Shown here: positions 18,327-25,801 of the stretch, piece by piece | Numbering within the stretch: position 1 is the first letter of the stretch | Layout: every line of letters starts with the position of its first letter | Assembly (NCBI GenBank): GCA_964445305.1 | Contig: CAYUKK010000020.1 | Span: forward strand, 6,352-70,351 | Length of the DNA: 64,000 nt | Origin: an uncultured Eubacteriales bacterium | GTDB lineage: Bacteria; Acidobacteriota; Aminicenantia; Aminicenantales; UBA8522 | Direction of reading: 5' to 3' | The notes under the pieces: generated by a model | The model's database searches: none | What the model saw: only the letters and a program-made list of their open reading frames with translations | Told to the model about the DNA's origin: nothing | Position numbers and translations under genes: made by a program

Positions 18327-20123
18327 GTGATCTGGAAGAAAGCTCACTCGCCAGGAACCCCCGAAATCCAAGACTCCGAGCTGGTTAGCCCGGCCCAGGT
18401 AACGAAGGTCAAGGAAATCCTTCTCCTTTTCGCCAGCGCTGTCCAAGCCGCGAAGATATTTCCACCCCATCACCGGACTGTTCTCAACTTCGCTTCCGAC
18501 CTCCACGCCAAGCTTAAAGATTATCTCGACCGGTACTATAAGCTTGAGCTTGGCGTTGAGGAAAAAGCCTTTACATTTTTTGGGGATAAAGTGTACGAGG
18601 ACCCTCACCCCGTCAAGAGTTTGCCTTTTTTCTTCTTTAAGGACGGAATGCAAACACTCTATTTTTACCGCGGCTTGAGCATCGAGGAAGTGAGAGCTTT
18701 CCTCGAAACGATCAGGAAGGTCTCCCAGCTTCCACCCGAGGAGGGGGATATCGTCAGCGCTCTCTGGGAGCAGGACTTCCCCAATATCCGCTATGTTGCT
18801 CCCGATGATTTCCTGGAGACCCGGATCGGTGTGGGCAAGCCGCCTCTCGAAATGCGCGTCGACAGGGAAGAGTTTTCTCGGGGCCGGATCGACCTGGCGC
18901 CAGAGGACCTGGAGGAAATCCGCACGGACGCACTCAAAGAAAGGAGCCGCGAACCCATGCCCGGGGGGGAAGCCATCCCCGCTTTGCCCGAAAAATTCAA
19001 CCTTCTGTTGATGCCATCGGATGAGAAGGAGCTTGAGGAGATAGAGGCCCTCCTCCTTTCCAGCCGAAAAGTCTCCTCAGAAGAAGAACACCAGAGCCTG
19101 GCCACCGAGCTCCTGTGTCTGGAAGAGAGAAAGGACCAGTGGCCCGGCTTAGCGGCAGCCCTTAAGGAAATGCACCACACAGCCCTCCAGAAAAAGGATT
19201 TTGGAAGCGCTTCCCGTCTCCTCATCTCCCTTCACGAGCTCAGGGATGCCGTCTTCGAGGAGAATGGGGAAAAAGCCGCGTTTATCGACTCCCTCATCGT
19301 CGAGATGGGCCAGGATAGCCTGTTGGCTGAGCTTCAGGATTCTTTGGAGTGGACGCGCCTCCAGGATACAGATTCTTTCCTGGAGTATCTGAGTCTTCTC
19401 GGCCCCGGAGCGGGCCGTCTGGCCGCTTCCCTGTTTGAGGCGACAGTGGATCCCCACCTCCGTCAGAAAATTCTCCATATTCTCGAAGCCATAGGAAAAA
19501 AGGACAGCGACGCCTTGATCATGCTCGCCCAGGATTCCAAGCCGTCCCTGACCAAGGAAATCATCCGGCTCATCGGTCGACTCCATGAGAAAAAACCTCT
19601 CCCCTTTCTGGCTGGTTTTATCCGGTCCCAGAGCAAAGACATTAAACTCGAAGCCATCCGGGTCCTCGGCCAGGCCGGCGAGGAAGCAGCGGATAGGATT
19701 CTCCTCGGCTTTTTGTCTGACGGCGATGAGGCAGTGCGCATCGCCGCCCTGCAAAGACTTAACACCATCCATACATCCGTCCTCCCCTATCTCCTGGCCC
19801 TGACGAGGAACAAAGCTTTCAAGAAAAAAAGCCTGGCGGAAATCAAGGCCGTCTTCGATGGCCTGGCCCGAAGTGGCTCGCCAGAGGCGGGCTCTGTTCT
19901 AAAAATCTACCTTCAAAAATGCTTCTGGTGGTCAAGTCCGAAAAAAACAGAGATAGCCTGCCTCGCCGTAGCGGCGCTGAGCGCAATGCCTGATGCCTTG
20001 GCCAGAGAAGCCTTGCGAAAAGGTTCTAAAGCCAAATCCAAAAAGGTCAGACGGGCCTGCCTGGAGGCTTTGTCTTCTTTCCACCGTGAAGATTCCCACT
20101 CGGAGTCTGGGACAAGAGTATGA
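18327..20123 (+). CDS. HEAT/ARM-repeat protein with an N-terminal domain homologous to the N-terminus of the downstream HD-GYP protein
   Basis: 598 aa with a GTG start. The C-terminal half has HEAT-like repeats (DEAVRIAALQRL, KKVRRACLEALS). The N-terminal segment (AVQAAKIFPPHHRTVLNF...) aligns with the N-terminus of the next gene (LKSARIYEPHNTLFQRQV...). A 4-nt ATGA overlap with the downstream gene. Confidence 0.55.
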   Translation: MIWKKAHSPGTPEIQDSELVSPAQVTKVKEILLLFASAVQAAKIFPPHHRTVLNFASDLHAKLKDYLDRYYKLELGVEEKAFTFFGDKVYEDPHPVKSLPFFFFKDGMQTLYFYRGLSIEEVRAFLETIRKVSQLPPEEGDIVSALWEQDFPNIRYVAPDDFLETRIGVGKPPLEMRVDREEFSRGRIDLAPEDLEEIRTDALKERSREPMPGGEAIPALPEKFNLLLMPSDEKELEEIEALLLSSRKVSSEEEHQSLATELLCLEERKDQWPGLAAALKEMHHTALQKKDFGSASRLLISLHELRDAVFEENGEKAAFIDSLIVEMGQDSLLAELQDSLEWTRLQDTDSFLEYLSLLGPGAGRLAASLFEATVDPHLRQKILHILEAIGKKDSDALIMLAQDSKPSLTKEIIRLIGRLHEKKPLPFLAGFIRSQSKDIKLEAIRVLGQAGEEAADRILLGFLSDGDEAVRIAALQRLNTIHTSVLPYLLALTRNKAFKKKSLAEIKAVFDGLARSGSPEAGSVLKIYLQKCFWWSSPKKTEIACLAVAALSAMPDALAREALRKGSKAKSKKVRRACLEALSSFHREDSHSESGTRV

Positions 20124-21571
20124 GTGCCCCGGCGTTGAAAAAGAGCGAAGGCGAGACCAGCCGGGCACTCCACAGCCTGGCTGTCGAAATCATCATCCGC
20201 CTCCACGCTGTGTTGAAAAGTGCCCGCATCTATGAGCCCCATAACACTCTTTTTCAGCGTCAGGTTTCCCTGCTCTTATCCCTCATCCGCAAGGCGATGG
20301 CAGAATTCGGGGAAGCTGCGTTCTCCATCCGCCAGAGCACTCTTTTTTTCAACAATATCCGGCTCCGGTACGGGTTTGCCAATTATCATTTTTTCAAATT
20401 CGTTATCGAAGAGTTCAGAAAAAGAGGGGTCGGCAGCCTCCGTTTCGAACCCGGTCTGAACGCCGCCGACCTCACCTCCTTCATCCATCTTCTAGCCCGG
20501 GGAGAAGAAAAGCGGGCCGAACCTTCGCAGGCCATCGCTTCCGAGATGAAGAAAATGGGAGTGAGGACCATCACCATGGAAAAAACACTCCCAGCTGACC
20601 TCGCTCCACGCCGGGAGAAGGCGGCAGCCAAGGCCTTTTTTCTGGGCATCACCCATCTTGAAGAGGCTTTCGCCAGCGCCGCCTCGGAGGAGAAAATCAA
20701 GCTCAGCACCACCCGCCGGCTCATGCAGGCGATCTTCAATCACATCGTCGACAACGAAGCCTTTGTCCAGGGCCTGACCAATATCAAGAACTTCCATGAA
20801 TATACGCTCAACCACTCGATGAACGTCTGCATTCTGGCCATCGCCCTGGGAAAGAGGCTCGGGCTGGACAGGAACGAACTTGTGGATTTGGGGATAAGCG
20901 CCTTTTTCCACGACTTCGGAAAGCTCGACACCCCCCGGGAAATCCTGGAGAAGCCAGCGCGGCTCGATGACCAGGAAAGAAAGATTATCGAGAAACACCC
21001 CTACCAGGGCGCGGCCAAGCTGGTCCAGTTCAAGGGGTTCAAGAACCTTCCCGTCCACGCTGTCCATGTAGCCATGGAGCATCACATCAAGGAAGATTGG
21101 GGGGGCTACCCGCGCTTTTTTCGAAAACAGACGATCAGCCTGTTCAGCAAGATCGTTAAAATTGTCGATTTTTTTGACGCCATCACGACCAAGCGCCCTT
21201 ACCGCTCAAGGGTCTACACCCGAGACGAAGCCCTGAGCTTGATGCTCGAGCAATCAGGAAAAGAATTCCATCCTGTGCTCCTTCGGGAATTCGTCAGGAT
21301 GATGGGCATTTACCCCGTTGGTACCCTGGTCATGCTGGATACAGGGGAGCTTGGCATCGTCGTCCAGAATCACTCCGAGACAGAACTCCTGCTTCGACCT
21401 CTGGTCAAGCTCATTACTGATGCTGACAGAAACAAATTGGACGGCGACATCGTCGACTTGAGCGAGCTTGACCCCGAGACGAACAAGTACAAGAAAACCA
21501 TCATCAAAACCCTCGACCCCGAAAAGTATCATATCCGCGTCACCGACTATCTTTTGGCTCAGGCGGAATGA
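20120..21571 (+). CDS. HD-GYP domain cyclic-di-GMP phosphodiesterase with N-terminal sensor-like (DUF3391-type) domain
   Basis: HD motif (AFFHDFGKLDTP), metal-binding HHIKED, and the HD-GYP signature WGGYP. 483 aa. Confidence 0.8.
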   Translation: MSAPALKKSEGETSRALHSLAVEIIIRLHAVLKSARIYEPHNTLFQRQVSLLLSLIRKAMAEFGEAAFSIRQSTLFFNNIRLRYGFANYHFFKFVIEEFRKRGVGSLRFEPGLNAADLTSFIHLLARGEEKRAEPSQAIASEMKKMGVRTITMEKTLPADLAPRREKAAAKAFFLGITHLEEAFASAASEEKIKLSTTRRLMQAIFNHIVDNEAFVQGLTNIKNFHEYTLNHSMNVCILAIALGKRLGLDRNELVDLGISAFFHDFGKLDTPREILEKPARLDDQERKIIEKHPYQGAAKLVQFKGFKNLPVHAVHVAMEHHIKEDWGGYPRFFRKQTISLFSKIVKIVDFFDAITTKRPYRSRVYTRDEALSLMLEQSGKEFHPVLLREFVRMMGIYPVGTLVMLDTGELGIVVQNHSETELLLRPLVKLITDADRNKLDGDIVDLSELDPETNKYKKTIIKTLDPEKYHIRVTDYLLAQAE

Positions 21572-21646
21572 CCCGACTTCCATGATGACGACCTTCAGGA
21601 AGCACAAGGGCGAAGCTAAAATAATTCTTATCAAAGGAGTCAAATC

Positions 21647-22336
21647 ATGGCTATGATCAGTCCTGAGGTCCAGGAAGCAACCAAGAAAAAACTTTCCTCG
21701 GAAATGGCCGAGCGGGTGACCATCCTCTTTTTTACCCAGGAGCCCAGCCGACTGGTTTTGCCCGACCGTCTCCAGGGGCAAGAATGTCTCTACTGTCAGG
21801 AAACAAGACAGTTGCTCGAGGAAGTGGTCAGCCTGACCGACAAGATTGACCTCAGAACACATGATTTTGTGGCTGAAAAAGCTAAGGCCGATGAACTCGG
21901 CGTGGACAAAATTCCTGCCATCGTCATCAGCCCCGAACAAGGCTACGGAATTCGGTTTTTCGGCATTCCCTCGGGCTATGAGTACGTGAGCCTTCTCGAA
22001 GCCGTCGTCGACGTTTCTCGTCGCCGCACAGCTCTGGCCGAGAAAACAAAGACAGCTCTGGCCGACCTGGCGAACGACGTCCATATCCAGGTCTTTGTCA
22101 CTCCCACCTGTCCCTACTGCACTTTGGCGGTTCGCCTGGCCCACCAGTTTGCCGTAGAAAGTCCGCGCATCCGCGCCGACATGGTCGAAGCGACGGAATT
22201 CCCCCACCTGGCCCAAAAATACCACGTTTTTGGTGTCCCCAAGACCGTTATAAACGAAGCCGTATTCATCGAAGGAGCAGTTCCCGAATCTGTCTTTCTC
22301 GACCATGTCCTCCGAGCGGCTAAGCCGGTTAGGTAG
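21647..22336 (+). CDS. Glutaredoxin-like protein disulfide oxidoreductase (two thioredoxin-fold units, 2x CxxC)
   Basis: Two CxxC active sites (CLYC and CPYC) in a 229-aa protein. The architecture resembles PDO/glutaredoxin-like proteins of thermophiles and anaerobes. Confidence 0.6.
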   Translation: MAMISPEVQEATKKKLSSEMAERVTILFFTQEPSRLVLPDRLQGQECLYCQETRQLLEEVVSLTDKIDLRTHDFVAEKAKADELGVDKIPAIVISPEQGYGIRFFGIPSGYEYVSLLEAVVDVSRRRTALAEKTKTALADLANDVHIQVFVTPTCPYCTLAVRLAHQFAVESPRIRADMVEATEFPHLAQKYHVFGVPKTVINEAVFIEGAVPESVFLDHVLRAAKPVR

Positions 22337-22342
22337 CGTTCC

Positions 22343-24460
22343 ATGGAAGGACTTGAGGCGATTTTCTACCCGCGGTCGATTGCAGTCGTGGGCGCTTCCC
22401 GGCAGGCAGGTAGCGTTGGCCAGTCCGTCCTCGCCAACCTCATCGGCAGTCGATTTCAGGGAGTGGTCTTCCCGGTCAACCCCCATGCCCAGAGCATTCT
22501 TGGCATCAAAGCTTATGCCCGAATATCGGATGTTTCCGATGTGATTGACCTGGCCGTTATTGTCGTTCCCAGCCCCATCGTGCCCGCTGTCCTTGAAGAG
22601 TGCGGTCAGAAGGGAGTCAGGGGAGCGATCATTATCACGGCTGGGTTTAAAGAAATCGGCGGGGCAGGAATTGAACTCGAGGAACGCGTCCAGAAGATCG
22701 CCAACCATCATGGCATTACCCTCGTCGGGCCGAATTGCCTTGGGGTTATCAACACCGACCCTGGCGTGTCCATGAACGCCACTTTTGGCACGCAAATGCC
22801 CAGAGAGGGAAATATCGCCTTCATCTCCCAGAGTGGAGCACTCTGCGTGGCGGTGCTCGATTATGCCAAGGAAGCGAATATCGGCTTTTCCAAGTTCATC
22901 AGCATGGGCAACAAAGCTGGTGTCAACGAAAATGAGCTCCTCCAGTATCTCCAATCCGACCCCAAAACGGGCGTCATCCTCATGTACCTGGAAGACCTTG
23001 TCCGCGGCCGTGATTTTATGGACATCGCCCGCCAAATCACGAGTTCGAAGAAGCGACCCAAGCCTATCCTCGCTCTCAAGGCCGGCCGAACCATGGTGGG
23101 AGCGCGCGCCGCTTCCTCCCACACGGGCTCCCTGGCCGGCTCGGATCGAGTCTATGATGCCATCTTTGAACAGTGCGGTGTCTTGCGCGTCGACACCCTT
23201 GAAGAACTCTTCGATTATGTCAAGGCCTTCTCCAGACAACCGTTGCCCAGGGGCCGGAATGTGGCCATCATTACCAACTCGGGCGGCCCGGGCATTCTGG
23301 CCACGGATTCGTGCATCCAGCATAACCTCAACGTTCCCCGACTCACTCCCGCCACCAAAAAAAGCCTGCGTCAAATTCTGCCGGCCACAGCCAGCCTCCA
23401 CAACCCCATCGACCTCATCGCCGAGGCCCAGGAAGAACAGTACGAGATTTCGCTCCGGGCTGTGCTCCGGGATAGGAACGTCCATTCAGCCATCGTCATC
23501 CTGACGCCAACCGCTTTCACCCGAGTCGAAAGCATCGCCAGGGCCATCGTCAACGTCGCCCGCGCCTCCCAAAAACCTGTCCTGTGCTGTTTTCTCGGAA
23601 TTTACGATGTTTCCAAGGGGGTGGGCATCCTTGAGCAAAACGGCATCCCCAATTTCAGGTTTCCTGAATCGGCGGCGCGTGTCCTGGCCGAAATGGCCAA
23701 CTTCACCGACTGGCTGAATAGGCCGCAGACGGGCATCAAAATTTACCGCGCCGATAAAGAAAAAGCTCGGGCTATCCTCGACGTGGTTTGTCAAGAAGGA
23801 CGTCAGTTTCTCCTCGAGCATGAGGCTTACGAAGTTCTCAAAGCCTACGGCTTCCCGGTCGTCAGGTCAGTCCTCGCCCACACCGAGCGGGAGGCGGTGG
23901 AGGCGGCCGAAAAACTTGGCTTCCCGGTGGTCATGAAAATCGCCTCACCGGATATCGTTCATAAATTTGATTATGGTGGCGTCAAACTGGGTCTCAAGAG
24001 CAAAAGCGATGTGCGGAAAGCCTACGAGGAAATCAAAGAGCGCGTGCTCCAGGCCAAGCCAGAAGCAAGGATTGTCGGTTTACTCATCGAGGAGATGGTC
24101 CAGGGCGGCAAGGAAGTGATTCTGGGCATGAACCGGGATCCTCAATTCGGCCCTATCCTCATGTTCGGCATGGGCGGGATTTATGTCGAGGCGCTCGAAG
24201 ATGTCTCCTTCCGTCTCGCCCCCATCCGGGAGTATTCCGCCCTGGCCATGATCCGGAGGACGAAAACCCACCGCATTCTGGAAGGATTCCGCGGCGGACC
24301 TGTCTACGACGTCGACGCTGTAGCTGACTGTCTCAAGCGGCTCAGCCAGCTGGTCGTCGACTTCGAGGAGATCCAGGAGCTGGACATTAACCCGCTCATC
24401 GTGCTCGAGAAAGGAAGGGGGGCGAGAATTGTCGACGCCCGCATGGTCATCCGAGGGTAG
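22343..24460 (+). CDS. Acetate--CoA ligase (ADP-forming), fused alpha/beta (CoA-binding + succinyl-CoA-synthetase-like + ATP-grasp)
   Basis: N-terminal CoA-binding Rossmann motif (IAVVGASRQAGSVG), the ligase-CoA domain, and a C-terminal ATP-grasp. 705 aa. No GNAT domain, so not a Pat acetyltransferase. Confidence 0.75.
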   Translation: MEGLEAIFYPRSIAVVGASRQAGSVGQSVLANLIGSRFQGVVFPVNPHAQSILGIKAYARISDVSDVIDLAVIVVPSPIVPAVLEECGQKGVRGAIIITAGFKEIGGAGIELEERVQKIANHHGITLVGPNCLGVINTDPGVSMNATFGTQMPREGNIAFISQSGALCVAVLDYAKEANIGFSKFISMGNKAGVNENELLQYLQSDPKTGVILMYLEDLVRGRDFMDIARQITSSKKRPKPILALKAGRTMVGARAASSHTGSLAGSDRVYDAIFEQCGVLRVDTLEELFDYVKAFSRQPLPRGRNVAIITNSGGPGILATDSCIQHNLNVPRLTPATKKSLRQILPATASLHNPIDLIAEAQEEQYEISLRAVLRDRNVHSAIVILTPTAFTRVESIARAIVNVARASQKPVLCCFLGIYDVSKGVGILEQNGIPNFRFPESAARVLAEMANFTDWLNRPQTGIKIYRADKEKARAILDVVCQEGRQFLLEHEAYEVLKAYGFPVVRSVLAHTEREAVEAAEKLGFPVVMKIASPDIVHKFDYGGVKLGLKSKSDVRKAYEEIKERVLQAKPEARIVGLLIEEMVQGGKEVILGMNRDPQFGPILMFGMGGIYVEALEDVSFRLAPIREYSALAMIRRTKTHRILEGFRGGPVYDVDAVADCLKRLSQLVVDFEEIQELDINPLIVLEKGRGARIVDARMVIRG

Positions 24461-24469
24461 TCTGGTCGG

Positions 24470-24480
24470 TCCTGTGCTAT
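24470..24480 (+). promoter_or_regulatory. Candidate -10 box (TATAAT) upstream of the first NPP-family gene
   Basis: gtgcTATAATggtc lies about 15 nt upstream of the ATG at 24495. Sequence-only. Confidence 0.25.
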
Positions 24481-24494
24481 AATGGTCTTTAAAA

Positions 24495-25799
24495 ATGGCG
24501 TGGCTAAAAAAGAAGAGAAAGCCTTCAGTCTGCATCATCGGCCTCGACGGGGTGCCGCACTCCCTCGTCATGGACTTGACCAGCCGGTCGATTATGCCCG
24601 CCCTTGCTCAGCTCATTGACCGAGGCTCTCTCCGTCGATTGAGAGCGAGCCTTCCCGAAATTTCAGCCGTGAGCTGGACGGATTTCATGACCGGCGCCAA
24701 CTCCGGAACGCACGGCATCTTCGGGTTCACCGACTTTAAGCGTGGCTCCTATGAAATCCGTTTCCCCAATTTTTTGGACCTCAAGTGCCCCACTTTCTGG
24801 GACCGCTTGGCTGAGATGGGCAAGAGATGCATCATCATCAACCAGCCTTCCACTTATCCGGCGCGCCGGGTGAACGGCATCCTTATCTCCGGGTTTGTCG
24901 CTCTCGAGCTTGAGAGGGCGGTCTATCCCCCCTCCGAAAAAGCGAACCTCGAGAAGATGGGCTACCAGATTGATATCGACACGGTGAAGGCCAGGCAGGA
25001 TGCCGACTTCCTCTGGCAGGAGCTTGACCGAACCTTCACCAGCCGAGAGCGCGCGTTTCGGCATTTTTGGCAAGGGGATTGGGATTACTTTGAGCTGGTC
25101 ATTACCGGGACAGATAGGCTTCACCATTTCCTCTGGCGGTCGGGTTTGGACCCCCAGAACTCCCACCATCAAAAATTCCTGGATTATTACCGCCGCATCG
25201 ACCGCTTCATTGGCGAAATTGCTTCTGCTTTTGAGAAGCTCACAGGAGGTCTGGAAGGATTCTATATTCTCTCCGACCACGGATTTTGCAGCATCGAAAA
25301 AGAAGTATACCTCAATGCCTGGCTGGAGAGGGAAGGCTACCTTCGATTCCGGGCTAATGAGGCGAAAGGGCTGGAGGAGATAGCCGACGGGAGTGTGGCT
25401 TTCGCCCTCGACCCCAGCCGCATTTACCTTAACGTCGAGGGTCGATTCCCGCGCGGCATCGTGACCCCGGCCGAGCGCGACATTCTAAGAAAAGAGATTG
25501 GCCAGAAGCTGGCCCGGCTCGAGGACGGGGGGAAGAAAGTCATCCGCCATGTCTTTCGGGCCGAGGAGGTCTATTCTGGACCTCTTCTTCCTGAGGGCCC
25601 TGACCTCATTGTGGTCTCAGAACCCGGTTTCGACATCAAGGGGTCAGTGAAAAAAAGGGAGGTTTTCGGTTCAACCGACCTCCAGGGCATGCACACCTGG
25701 GAGGATGCTTTCGTCTGGTCGATCACTCCCCTCGGCCAGAACCTGGCCATTGGCCAGTTGGCTGGGTTTATCCTTGATCACTTCAACGAAAAAAGATAA
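24495..25799 (+). CDS. Alkaline-phosphatase-superfamily type I phosphodiesterase/nucleotide pyrophosphatase family protein (paralog 1)
   Basis: 434 aa. An NPP-core nucleophile region (IIGLDGVPHS...ISAVSWTDFMTGANSGTHGIF) and a distal metal-site motif (LSDHGF). Confidence 0.7.
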   Translation: MAWLKKKRKPSVCIIGLDGVPHSLVMDLTSRSIMPALAQLIDRGSLRRLRASLPEISAVSWTDFMTGANSGTHGIFGFTDFKRGSYEIRFPNFLDLKCPTFWDRLAEMGKRCIIINQPSTYPARRVNGILISGFVALELERAVYPPSEKANLEKMGYQIDIDTVKARQDADFLWQELDRTFTSRERAFRHFWQGDWDYFELVITGTDRLHHFLWRSGLDPQNSHHQKFLDYYRRIDRFIGEIASAFEKLTGGLEGFYILSDHGFCSIEKEVYLNAWLEREGYLRFRANEAKGLEEIADGSVAFALDPSRIYLNVEGRFPRGIVTPAERDILRKEIGQKLARLEDGGKKVIRHVFRAEEVYSGPLLPEGPDLIVVSEPGFDIKGSVKKREVFGSTDLQGMHTWEDAFVWSITPLGQNLAIGQLAGFILDHFNEKR

Positions 25800-25801
25800 G
25801 G

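Noticed and set aside
21254-23485. 743-aa minus-strand ORF
   Set aside because: Antisense to two plus-strand genes with clear homology (PDO-like, ADP-forming acetyl-CoA synthetase). The translated protein is low-complexity and Gly/Asp/Arg-rich, typical of a GC-driven shadow ORF.
22785-23504. 239-aa plus-strand ORF in an alternate frame of the acetyl-CoA synthetase gene
   Set aside because: Overlaps the real gene in a different frame. Ser/Pro/Arg-rich product.
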